From: Podarcis liolepis
Taxonomy: Eukaryota
Strand: one strand, 5' to 3'
Assembly: GCA_965112155.1 (NCBI GenBank)
Contig: OZ218100.1
Length of the DNA stretch: 64,000 nt
Within the stretch, counting starts at the first letter, position 1; every line of letters begins with the position of its first letter. Positions 51,916 to 63,293 of this stretch are shown here, piece by piece. Both the position numbers and the translations under genes were made by a program. The notes under the pieces were generated by a model, which saw only the letters and a program-made list of their open reading frames with translations, ran no database searches and was not told the DNA's origin.

Positions 51916-52511
51916 GTATGTTATCCTCCCTTCATAAACTAACTTGAAATGGGAAGTAATGAAATATCCATATTCCTATGGAAACAAAGGGCTATATATT
52001 CAACTAAATAATTGCACCAGTATATAATTGTATTAATTAAACTTTAAAATACGTTGTTTATGTATTGGTTGTATTTTTTCATTTTTTCATAAACTGTCCT
52101 GGAAGCTCTGCCAAAGGATGGTATAGAAATATTTTAGATAAATAAATAATCATACCTTCTATTTAAAGCAACTTTTAGTATAATTTGTTTGCCTAGTTTA
52201 TTAAAGTATTAAGGTCACAAATTGCTTTCACTAGCAGGCCATTGATTTACATCACTGAATCTAAAATTTCCTCTGGTCCAAGATAGCTATCCCAGTCACT
52301 TCCAACCCAATCGATTGATTGTTGACATGTAGAATTATTATCTGAAAGGAATGTCAATATCATATTTATTTAATATTAATACTTCAGGTTTGAGCCTGGT
52401 CCTGGGAAGTACCTATTTCAAAGATAGCATTTTAGATATGAAAACAGATAAGACTTTAAAAATATATAAGCAAATTTTGAAAATATGCAACTCATTCCAT
52501 TTTCTAAACAG

Positions 52512-52627
52512 CATTCTAAGACACTTTCCAGACAGTTCTTGAATTTGGGACAATCACCTTCAGTTAAGATGTTTCACCTCAGTGATGACAGCAGAGAATC
52601 GGAAGACTCAGAATATTCAGATGACGG
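52512..52627 (+). CDS. CATSPERE: CATSPERE exon 8 (HSKTLSRQFLNLGQSP...SEDSEYSDDG)
   Basis: 116 nt, GT-AG; SxxLSxQxxxLGQxP motif. Confidence 0.88.
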
Positions 52628-52786
52628 GTATTGCTCATTTACATTTTTCTGAATTTGTCTTTTTAAACAATCGTTTTAATTAAATATTTTCTTGAATTAC
52701 AAAAGTACATACAGTGTCTCAGTTTTCCGTTCATAGCATTTTTTCAACAGATCAGTTATATTCGATGTGAGGCACTAACATTATAG

Positions 52787-52946
52787 TTACAGGTAGGTAG
52801 CCATGTTGGTCTGCTGTAATCTAAACAAAATAACAAAATTCCTTCCAATAGCACCTTAGAGATCAACTAAGTTGTTATTGATATGAGCTTTCGTGTGCAT
52901 GCTTCTCCTGAAGAAGTGTGCATGCACACGAAAGCTCATACCAATA
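52787..52946. mobile_element. Penelope-like element remnant (inverted pseudo-LTR pair) with hammerhead core
   Basis: gtagccatgttggtctg...gcaccttagag...gagctttcgtg end motif recalled from reptile Penelope elements, inverted second copy, 13-bp flanking direct repeat. Confidence 0.78.
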
Positions 52947-54416
52947 ACTAATGTTATAGGCAGTATAAGTTTGGGGAAGTTCACGCCCTCAGATCCCCAC
53001 TGTGGGTTGCAGTGAGAGCATCATCCTTCCGGAGTTCCACTTTGGGGCGGGGTCAGTTTATGTCTCTTTCCTAGGCACCACCCTTTCTTTCTTTTCTTTT
53101 CTTTTCTTTTCTAATGGGTGGGGGTGAGACACAGAATGAGGGGGGTATCTCCTACCCTTTTCACAGGGCTAGCTCTGATGATGGTCTTAATCTTATAAGC
53201 ACTTTCAAAAATCTTTTTTAAAGAGGTATATGTAAATATATATATAAATTGCAATTCAAACTCTGACTCCACCAGGCTGGAGGAAGGTAAGAATTTAGCA
53301 CAACCCCCTAGTCCCCCAAAGAAGGGGAAGCCAAGGTGAGAGAAGTCCATCTTCCACCAGCAAGCAGCTTGGTGGGCAGAACTCACATGCACTGCTGATC
53401 CTCCTGGTGTAACAGTAAAAAGGGGTGTGTGCTATGGAGCGGTTTCCTAGGCACCATTTCCAACCCTATTCAGACAGCAGCCATGCCTTCACAGCCAGGT
53501 GGACTGCTCTTGAGATGAGCCCAATTATCAATAAGCACAACACAGGCCAGATATAAACCCTGCATGAGCCACCCACGATTATATGACACCTCTTATGGTG
53601 TGGGACAAAACAATATGTGAACTGAAACACAGCCACCCTTCAAAATTCACACTTACTGTACAGTTTTTGAAATTTGGTATGCAGATCTCCAATAAAACAG
53701 TGTTTACAAAATTCATATATTAGGAGAAAGTGGACATAAAAATGAATATAGTTATGAAAATGAAATACAAAAATGCATTGTATTAGGATAAATTGCAACA
53801 ATGTTTGTATTAGTCAAAACTGCACACAAAAATGTGTTTAGTAGGAGAAGTTAAAACTAAAATGCCATGAATTTTCATTATGATTTTGAAAAAGAAAATT
53901 CACAAATTGCTGCAGAAATATGGAGAACCTAAGACTGGAAAAATGAGAATCTGAAAGAACTAAAATTGACAGTTCTTTCATTCCTAGTTTTGAGCTTGCT
54001 GAGACTATTTTCAGCATTTCTAAAGACCTCGTTGTTGCGTACAGAACTATTTATTATTATTTTATGAGTGGAGTTTCAGATTCTGCCTGCCATCTGCATT
54101 AGTTATGTCATTCGCTCAATACACAGATTTTTGAGCAAATGAGATAGCTCAAGAAATGGAGTCTCCTTCCAAACTCTAGTATATCATCTGTCAATGTTTG
54201 CAGCTTGGTGCATATGAATAGTTTCACAATAGCTGTATTCTACATGCATTGATAATACAAATTTTTGAACTGCTGCTTTTCTATCGGTGACATGCACTGC
54301 AATCCTATAAGATAACGTGGAATTATGTTACATAGATCCTAATAGAAATTTCCATTTAACATGCTTGGATTTAGGGTAATAAAGTGTAATCATATGATAC
54401 TTTTTTCTAATTTTAG

Positions 54417-54906
54417 ATACTGGGAGATTGACGTGCCTAGCATTTCAAATTACATCATTGGAGTAGTCATTGGAAAACCAGTTACTTTTCAGGGTTGTTT
54501 TGTTGCCCGGACTCCTTTTATCATGGCAAAATCAGAAATTCCTCCAGTCGACGTACATGATGTCTCTATCTCGACTCCAGCTGGTAGTCAGCTCATGATA
54601 ACTTGGTCTGCATGTCATACAACTAAAGCAGTTGTGGTGACAAATTATGGAGCTTTCCTAACACATGATGAGTTCAGACATACAAAAAGAATCACATTTC
54701 CCTCCACTGTATTAGATCCAGCTTTAGCTCAGAAAGTAAATGATGTAGCCATAGTACAGGTACACATTGTATTTTTAATAGACAGTTCTGCTTATTTTAT
54801 AAACAATGACAAGATGTTCAGAGTTGGAAAACAACATAAACTTCCAGAAAGTGGAATTCTTGGGATAAAAGAAAGAATCTGGTGTCTAAGGAACTATCCA
54901 GTTCAA
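54417..54906 (+). CDS. CATSPERE: CATSPERE exon 9 (YWEIDVP...VTFQGCFVA...WCLRNYPVQ)
   Basis: 490-nt open exon, GT-AG; VTFQxCF, PxGSQLMxxWxAC motifs. Confidence 0.94.
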
Positions 54907-55875
54907 GTGAGTTATTCAAAATATTTTATATTTTAGAGGGTTCATGTGGACTTATTTTTTATTCATACCACCACAACTTAAAAAACATTGCAGCCTGTTG
55001 CTGCCCAGTGCTTCCAGGATGCGGTAGTTTAGCACTGTAAAGCATATCCTCTTGGTTGACAGGTAGCACACTCAGAAAGCACTGGCTGCAAGAGGAAGGG
55101 CTTTCCTTCAGTTCCCAGACTCGATCTGTCTGGTTAGTAGGTTAGCAGCCACAAAATAGCATTCAACAGCAACTGAACTTAATGAATGTCAAAAAAAGGG
55201 GAATAATGTGACCAGGAGCCAAATGGCAGCAGTCCACTGAAGCCATTCAAGTATGACCTTCCTCCTCCTGACCAAGAGCTGAGGCACATAGCTGAGACAG
55301 GCCAAACAGCTTTAGGGAAATGACTTGGACAGTTTATGTGCAAAGTTTTCCCTGCAGTTTCAAAAGGTTTCCTCTCCTTCAGGATTTTTTAGCAAACTCC
55401 TCATTATGGGATTTTTTATATGCCTACCACTTGCCAAGTTTGTGCAGCATCACCCTACTACCCTACAAATGGCCATTCTCATCAAGCACACGCACCATTC
55501 TCATGGTGATGCAAGAAGCATCCAAAATGCAACTTTTCTATAACATAGAACCAGTTGTAGTCAGGTTCTGCCAAAAAAACAATATCCAGAAGAATTTTTA
55601 ACAGGTGCAATGTTTAAGGCTAGTAGAATAAAGTGAAAGGAAGATTCTAAACCCCTACCTCAAAGGAGCAAACGGAGATCTGTGATCAGATCAGATTTCC
55701 TTACATTTTGGCAAATAGGAAAAATGTACGTGTATAGGCATACATTTTTCCTAATATGGCAAATAACAGTTGGGGTGGGGAAAATACTATTTATATTGGG
55801 ACTGACTCTTATCTGCATGCAGCTCCATGCACTCAGTGTTTAAGTGCAAATCTGTTATATCTCAAACTGTTCTTA

Positions 55876-56410
55876 CCGTATTTTTTCATGTGTTAGAGGA
55901 GGTTTTTTGACTCAAAAATTGTGTCCAAAAACTGGGGTCATGCTATACACAGGTAGTGGCATGGTTAGGGAGAAGCAATGTGCCCGCCAGCCAGCCGGTT
56001 GGAGGGACTGCAACTTCCCCCGATGCTGCAGCGAGCGGGAAATGATCTGAGGAGTGTTTCCTGCCCGCAGCTGCATGCGGGCTGTGTGCTGCCAGCCAGC
56101 TGGTTGGCGGGAGCGCAACTTCCCCCAATGCGACTGCGTGCGGAAAACACTTCCTAGATCGTTTCCCGCGTGCAGCGACATTGGGGGAAGTTGTGCTCCC
56201 ACCAACCGGTTGGCCAACGGAAGCGCAACTTCCCCTGATGCCACAGCATGCAGGAAACGAACTAGGGAGTGTTTCCTGCCCGCAGCTGGGGGGGGGGGAG
56301 AGAAGCTCCACAACTTTGTGCCATTTCCCCTCATTTGCTTAAAATTGAGTCCCCCAAAATAAGGGGGAGGATCTTGTACATGGGGGCATTTTATAGACGG
56401 AAAAATATGG
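55876..56410. mobile_element. Tc2-like MITE with internal GC-rich repeats
   Basis: TA-ccgtatttttt ... aaaaatatgg-TA; repeated gcaacttcccc and ggagtgtttcctgcccgcagctg blocks. Confidence 0.75.
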
Positions 56411-56541
56411 TACTTTTCAGTGAATGTTTTGATATTGTTTATGATAAATTTAAGACGGAGCTTTAAGCAATACCTACAGTGTCTGAATTTTATTATTTAT
56501 CTCTCCCAACGCTTCTCTCTCTATCTCATCCGACACCCAAG

Positions 56542-57031
56542 GTGCTGGAATCAGATTTAAGTGAAGCAGTCCTATGGACAAAAACAGAAATATTCCTCAT
56601 GTACCCATCAAGAAATATAACTGATATGTTTACTCTAGTCATGGAAGTAGATGTCTTAAAGAGTCTGACAGGATTCAAAGACCACGTTACTTTAGCTGTA
56701 ATAAGTGCTTGCTATGATTCAGTCCCTTCTGAAATTTCAGTCTTACTGGCTTGTACTGGATGCAAAACCTCCACACAATTATATGTGGTAGGATTTAATG
56801 AAGACGAGGGCCACTGGTTCTTGAGAGATCTTTCCCTGCCTGCACCTACAAGTGACCCTCTGCAAATCGAAGTTGTGTTTGGAGCATCATCATCTATGCT
56901 GCTGTGGTACAGTGACAAGATTATTTATTCTTACAAAGGAAGCAAATTCACCGGATATATTAAAGACGCTGAGACAGGCGCGGAATTATCAGCAACAGCA
57001 TTAGGAACAGTTATTCATCAAGTTGTTATTG
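56542..57031 (+). CDS. CATSPERE: CATSPERE exon 10 (VLESDLSEAVLWTKTEIFL...FNED...IHQVVI)
   Basis: 490-nt open exon; WTxxEI, CTxC, NED motifs; acceptor cccaag is weak so the 5' edge is less certain. Confidence 0.9.
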
Positions 57032-57142
57032 GTTAAGTATAGTATATTTTGATATAAATTACTAATGGAAATTGTTGTTATTTTAGTTGATTTTGGCAAT
57101 TATAGTGTGTAACCTAAGCCATAAATGCATAGTGTTTGAAAG

Positions 57143-57659
57143 TACAACAGGTGACTCCCCATTTACACAGGGGTTGTGTTCTGAACCCCTGCGCATGTCT
57201 GTGAAATTGCGAGTTGCCTGTCAACTCAACAAAGCCCCTCTGACTCGCAGGGAAGAAGTTTTCCCACGTCTGCTGAGCCTGTCGATGAAGACCTGCTGCC
57301 CCTCCAGCTCCCAGGAGCCAAAGAGACAGTGGGTCTTGCACAGCTGATGCACAAGGAAACTTCTTTCCCGCACATCAGTTTAGCTGGTCAACCAAGCCCT
57401 GCTGCCCTGAAGCACAGCTAGGCTTTCCAGCTAACAGCTGATGCGTGGGAACTGATGAGCTTCAGCAAAGCCCCGCTGCACCTCCAGCTCATGAGGAGAC
57501 CCTCCCCAAAGCCCAAAGGGGGTGTCAGAGGCTCAGTGGGGCTTTGCTGAAGCTCATCAGTTCTCCCCCCCCCCCCAATATCTGGGTTTCCAGGTATTCC
57601 ACGTATGCACAGTCATGTGTGAATTGAACATGTGTAAATGGGGAGGGGGGAATCTGTAT
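57143..57659. mobile_element. Probable non-autonomous DNA transposon with internal inverted repeat
   Basis: Subterminal ctccccatttacac / gtgtaaatggggag inverted pair; 30-bp internal hairpin arms. Confidence 0.6.
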
Positions 57660-58237
57660 GTCCCTAGATAGGCAGGTGTTTTTATAGTAAAAAACTTCCT
57701 AGGAGAATTGCACAGCTATGGCAGTTGAATACATCCTGTTCAATCCTTAGGGGCTAATACTTAGGGCCTTTTTGAGTCTATTGTAAACAAAGTTCTAATG
57801 TGTGAGTAGTTATATGAATTAAGCCAATAATGGCTTGGAAAAGCTTAATAAAATCCATTCAATTTACTATACGTATCAGTGGCAGACCACTGGGGCTCTT
57901 TCCGTAATGTATTCCTGTTATGTATCAGAGATTATGGCTATTAAAGCTATAAACAAGATTCTGAATACAGTGCAATTGGGGGGCCCTCAGAGGAGGGGAG
58001 CTTAAGGCAGTATACCTGGCATAATAATAATAGTAGGAGTAGGAATAGGAGTAGTAAAAAGCTGTGTTGGGGTGGATACTCAACTGCTGCATCCAAACCC
58101 TGCTCAAAGCACCCTTGCAACTTGGAGTTAGAGTTCTTCAGCAGATTTCCTGATCTTTATCTCATGTAGAACTGGATTTTCTCCACCACAAGAAGGAGTT
58201 TCAAAGCTTTACTGTAGAACAGTCTTAAATACTAGTT

Positions 58238-58426
58238 AAGGTAAAGGGACCCCTGACCATTAGGTCCAGTCGTGGCCGACTCTCGGGTTGTGGCGCTCAT
58301 CTTGCTTTATTGACCGAGGGAGCCGGCGTACAGCTTCTGGGTCATGTGGCCAGCATGACTAAGCCACTTCTGGCGAACCAGAGCAGCGCATGGAAACGCC
58401 GTTTACCTTCCCGCCGTTGCGGTATC
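58238..58426 (-). mobile_element. Partial Sauria SINE, cut off by a downstream insertion
   Basis: Near-identical to copy at 24462 until ...gcggta. Confidence 0.8.
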
Positions 58427-59720
58427 TATCAGAAGAGAGCAACAGGAACAACAGGGATGGACAGAATGTTCCCAGGAAAGGCAAGGGTTAAGTTCTAGCT
58501 CAGATTTGGAGGAGGGGAGATACAAGCCAGCTCGAGCAGGAGGTTGGAAAAAAGAGCGGGAAAGCGAAGGGAAGGGCGCCTTCGCCATTTTGAGGGTGGC
58601 TGGTCATGGAGAAGCAGAGCTCAGAAGGTATCTGAAATAAGTGACTCTGAGGAAGAATAGTTAAAGATAAGGACCGTTTAAAAGTTTGTTAATATATAAT
58701 AAAAATTTATAAAAGAACAAGAAGCGTTTGTGTGGTGATCAGAAGAGGACAACAACCAGTCCTGACACCACCTAGCACTTTATACAGGAGGAGTGATCCT
58801 AGCTAACTTAACTTCATATACCAGCTTCTGGACTGTGTACCTCAATTCTTTCCAAAATTCTGCCAGGGTCACTAGTATGTTTTCAGGAGTTTGTATACCT
58901 GAAATAAATATAAGGTGTGGTGATGAGTGCCTTGCAAAATTTAGCTACCAGATGTATGTAATGACATTATCCTAAGTAAGGGAATAACAATACCCCAGGT
59001 TTCTCTGACAGAGGCTGCAATATAGCTCAGTTACAGGAGACTCACATTTACAGTGGTACCTCGCAAGACGAATGCCTCGCCAGACGAAAAACTCGCAAGA
59101 CGAAAGGGTTTTTGGTTTTTTGAGTTGCTTCGCAAGACGATTTTCCCTATGGGCTTGCTTCGCAAGATGAAAACGTCTTGCAAGTTTGTTTCCTTTTTCT
59201 TAAAACCGTTAATACCCAGGGTGCATTGCTTGAAGAGGTGCAGTTGCGACTTGACTTCGAGGAGCAACTCATAGCACGCGGTGTGGTAGCCTTTTTTGAG
59301 GTTTTTGAAGACTTTGGTGATTTTTGAAGCTTTTCCAAAACTTCTTTTGCAGCCATTTGGTAAGTTAAACTTGTAAAACTTTTTTGGGGGGGTTTGGATT
59401 TTGGGTTGGGGTGTTTGGAATTCAAGGACTTGGTGTTGGGGAGGGGTTTGCAAGAATCTGGAAGCTTGTGTGTTTTTTTCTGCATTTTTATGATTTTTTG
59501 TAACCATTGGGGCACTCTGCTGTTGTTAAAAAAAAAGATTTCTGGATTTGGATTTCTGTGTGGTGGGTGGCTGGGGGGGGTCAGGGAATTGTTGAGGAGG
59601 GGTTTGCAAGAATCTGGAAGCTTGTGTGTTTTCTGGGAGGTTTGGTGCTTTTGAATTTTTTGGATGTGAAGCACTGATTTTTTGGGGGGTGGGGTTTGCG
59701 AAGGTAGGAGCTGTGCTGCC

Positions 59721-61879
59721 ATGGGGCTCTGCTGCTGCAGAGGCCGGCGAGAGGAAGAAGGAGAAGGTTACGCTGGAAATGAAGGAGGAGATCATCCGGA
59801 AGCACGACGGTGGAATGCGTGTGACAGACCTCGCCAGGGAGTATGGGAGGAATCCATCGACCATTGGGACCATTCTGAAGATGAGGGAGAAGATCCTTGC
59901 GACTGATGCAGCCAAGGGAGTCACCAGGATCGTGAAGAACCGCCCAGCTGTTCTGGAGGAGGTGGAGAAGTTGCTGCTCATCTGGTTAGAAGAGAAGCAG
60001 CGTGCAGGGGACACAGTGACTGAGGCCGTCATTTGTGAGAAGGCCAAGGCCTTGCACACAGACCTCGTCCGGCAACAGCCAGGAACCTCTGTCGAATTCT
60101 TAAGCCTTATCAGAGGGAAACTGGCCACTCTCCAGGCACTCGGCTTAAGATCCTTGTTGACCTCCCCGTCTGCGTCTCCCGGCAGGATACAGGCTAGGTC
60201 ACTATCGGCGATCCTCCTCAAGCGTGAGAAGAACACACCACTTTCCCCTCCTCCCTGCCTCCCCAGGGAGGGGAAAGAGTCAGACAGAAATGTATTTACA
60301 TCGCTTTATTTCTGTCCTTGCAGCAGTACAGAAAAACACGTCTGCACTCATCAGACTCCAAACAGCAGAGAGAAAAACTCCACCCCTATACTTCCAGTAC
60401 AGGTCAGATGACACACTGAGCTAACATCCGGTGCTCAGTACAGTGAATAGACTGTCCCTTTGTTCCCATGGTACAGTCCCAAACATCAACATCCTGTTTT
60501 GCATTCCAGCCAGCTGCAGCTCGCTCCCGCATTGCTGCTTTTCCGTAACAATCTCAGGCGAGCCAGAAGTCTTCAAGGCAAGCAGAGGCTGGTTTGACCG
60601 GTTCAAGACGAGATCTGGAATCCACAGCGTGGTCAGGCATGCAGAGGCTGCCAGTTCTGATGTTCCTGCGGCTGAAGACTTTGCAGCGGAGTTCCTGGAG
60701 GTTGTGACAACGGAGGGCTACGTTCCACAGCAGGTCTTCAACTGCGACGAGACCGGGCTGTTTTGGAAGAGGATGCCCAAAAGGACTTTCATCACTCAGG
60801 AGGAGGCCAAGTTGCCTGGCCACAAGCCCATGAAGGACCGTCTGACCCTGCTCTTCTGTGCCAACGCAAGCGGCGACCTGAAGATCAAGCCCCTGCTGGT
60901 GTACCACTCGGAGAACCCACGGGCCTTCAAGAAACACAAGGTCGACAAGGAGCAGCTGAGTGTCATGTGGCGATCCAACAGTAAGGCTTGGGTCACACGT
61001 GTGCTGTTTGTGGACTGGGTCAATCTTGCTTTTGGCCTTGCTGTCAAACAGTACCTGCTGGACAACGACCTGCCACTGAAGGCTTTGCTTCTGATGGAGA
61101 ATGCTCCTGCTCATCCTAAAGGCCTTGAGGAGGACTTGTTGGAGGAGTTCAGCTTCATCAACATCATGTTCCTGCCGCCTAACACCACGCCACTGCTCCA
61201 GCCGATGGATCAGCAGCTCATCGCCAATTTCAAAAAACTCTACACCAAGGAGCTTTTCAGGTGATGCTTTGAGGTGACTGATTGCACCAACATCACCCTG
61301 CGGGAATTCTGGAAGGACCACTTCAACATCGTCACCTGCTTGAAGATGATCACCACGGCCTGGGACTGGATCAGCCAGAGAAATTTGAATTGCGCTTGGC
61401 GCAGCCTGTGGCCGGACTGTGTGGCACCAAGTGACTCTGATGCACCAGAGTCAACAGTGGTGCAGGACATTGTTTCCTTGGGGAGGACCATGGGCCTGGA
61501 GGTCACAGAGGAGGACATCAGCGAGCTGGTGGAGGAGCACGACCACGACCTGACCACCCAGGAGCTGGTCGAACTGCAGGCAGAGGTTGCGCAGGAGCAG
61601 GCCTCGCTGGAAGAGGAGGAAGCAACTGAGGAACGGCTGTCCTCCAAAGAACTGAGGGACATTTGCCATAAGTGGAAAGATGTGCAGGCTTTTGCACAGC
61701 GGCACCACCCTGACAAGAACCTGACACGTGACCTTGCGAACACTTTTGATATGAGGGTCATGTCGTCTTTCAGGGAGGTGCTGAAAAGGCGGATGAAGCA
61801 GCAGACCATGGACAGGTTCTTCAGCAAGAAGCAAAGAGTGGAAGAGGAACCTTCTTCGAGTTGTCCCCCAGGGTCTTAG
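59721..61879 (+). pseudogene. Tigger transposase pseudogene
   Basis: N-terminal frameshift, LTR insertion 60090-60550, D-to-E at second catalytic position (GAG 61097), in-frame TGA at 61262. Confidence 0.9.
60090..60550 (-). mobile_element. Solo LTR inserted in the transposase ORF
   Basis: TG...CA termini, 5-bp TSD acctc/atctc, AATAAA on minus strand near 60305; removal restores PGTSGEPEVFKASRGWF. Confidence 0.85.
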
Positions 61880-62624
61880 AAAATGTATGTACAGTACAGT
61901 ACACTTTGTTGATTTTTAAATGCTTTTCTGTCATGTTTAGAAACTTAAATTGTTCCTTCAATTTTTGAAATGCTCTTTACAGTATGTGTGAATTTAAAGA
62001 GCACTTAATAAACTCTTTTTTTACCAAATTTGGCTTTGTTTGGACTTTTTTTGACCATAGGAACGCATTAATTGATTTTCAATGCATTCCTATGGGAAAC
62101 CGTGCTTCGCAAGACGAAAAAATCGCAAGACGAAAAAACTCGCCGAACGAATTAATTTCGTCTTGCGAGGCACCACTGTATCCCTGAACCCTAGTTTGGC
62201 TGCATGCTGGAAGGGTGGCTGCCAAGAAGTAGCATTAATTGGTCATCCTACAGTTGAACAGGATGTTTGCACATTGTTGTTGGATATGAGAGAAGAAAAT
62301 GTGGCCTTCTGAAAGGAAGAATAATGTGTGTTCCCAATTTTAATTTAAAACAATGTGCCCCAGGAATCACCTTGGAAATGAAAGACACTATACAAATAAT
62401 TTTAAGAAATAATGAATGTTCGGAATCACAAGCATATATTTTCTATAGATAATTTTTGCCACAATTCAAGGCAAATTTGTACTAAGGACAAATGTTTGTT
62501 AAAACAATCAACCATTGTTACTGAAAAGATAAGAATTGTACTTTTATTGATAATAGTAATATAATTATATACATAAACCGATGTTATATTAAGCTCTATC
62601 TATTTTTCTCTCTCCTTTTTATAG

Positions 62625-63064
62625 GCAGTGCTGGAAACACTGTGATTAAAATGAAAAACAATGACATGTTTTTCTTAAAGTTTAATATGAAAGATGTTCT
62701 AAAGCTCAGTGCTTGGGAAACTGAAGCCAGAGACTTTGCCGTATATGTGAATGGGCATGGTGACTTCTATTTGCTCATAAACAATGGTACTCATATATAT
62801 TACAAGGCTTATCCACTGAAAACTGAAGTACTTAGTGCCACAAATCCTTTAGGAGAGGTCTGTCCATATATATCATTTCAGCACAATATGGAAGCAGATA
62901 CTTACTATCTGGATATGGGAACAAATATGACCTTTTGGGCCCAGATTGTCTTTCTGGAAAATGTGGGATTGTCCACAGAAGTTACAATCTACAGGTCACA
63001 CTTGCTGAAGCAAAATAACTCTATTCAATATGAAATAGCACGTGGAATTTGTACTAAGAATCAG
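62625..63064 (+). CDS. CATSPERE: CATSPERE exon 11 (SAGNTVIKMKNN...CPYISFQHN...GICTKNQ); gene continues beyond window
   Basis: 440-nt open exon, GT-AG; KMxNN, YPL, CPY, YLDxG, WxQIV motifs; exons 1-11 sum to 2001 nt in one frame. Confidence 0.94.
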
Positions 63065-63293
63065 GTAGGTGAATCTTGCATTTTTCTTCCTGTGTGTTTC
63101 TTTCTTGGGTCAGGCTGTCTGGTTCAGACATGTTACTGGCTACAGACACATGCAAGGCTATTAGCATGTTTCTAATTCAATGGGAATTCCATGGATGAAC
63201 CAGATTTATGAACTCACACTTCTACGTGAAGCTATAGATATGGCTGCAATGATTTCCTCAGTCGTGATAGCTCAGAAAGGGGCTATTATAATA

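Larger units (their letters stand above)
59051..62178 (+). mobile_element. Full-length but inactivated Tigger (pogo-like) DNA transposon
   Basis: TA TSD, TIRs cagtggtacctcgcaagacgaa / ttcgtcttgcgaggcaccactg; transposase with HTH, FKASRGWFDRF, FNCDETGLFW, QPMDQ motifs. Confidence 0.95.

Noticed and set aside
55960-56290. Interspersed GC-rich repeats resembling a CRISPR-like array
   Set aside because: Irregular unit length and orientation, inside a TA-flanked MITE in a vertebrate intron; no cas genes.
57449-57478. CTGATGA motif as a second hammerhead ribozyme
   Set aside because: Followed by GCTTCAGC-AAA, lacking the required GAAA core; explained as an inverted repeat arm.
59626-61264. Domesticated TIGD-like gene
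   Set aside because: TIRs and TSD are present and the ORF has a frameshift, an LTR insertion, a catalytic substitution and a premature stop.
59031-61834. Long minus-strand ORFs (e.g. 59526-60236, 60554-61321)
   Set aside because: Antisense shadows of the transposase and low-complexity subterminal repeats.
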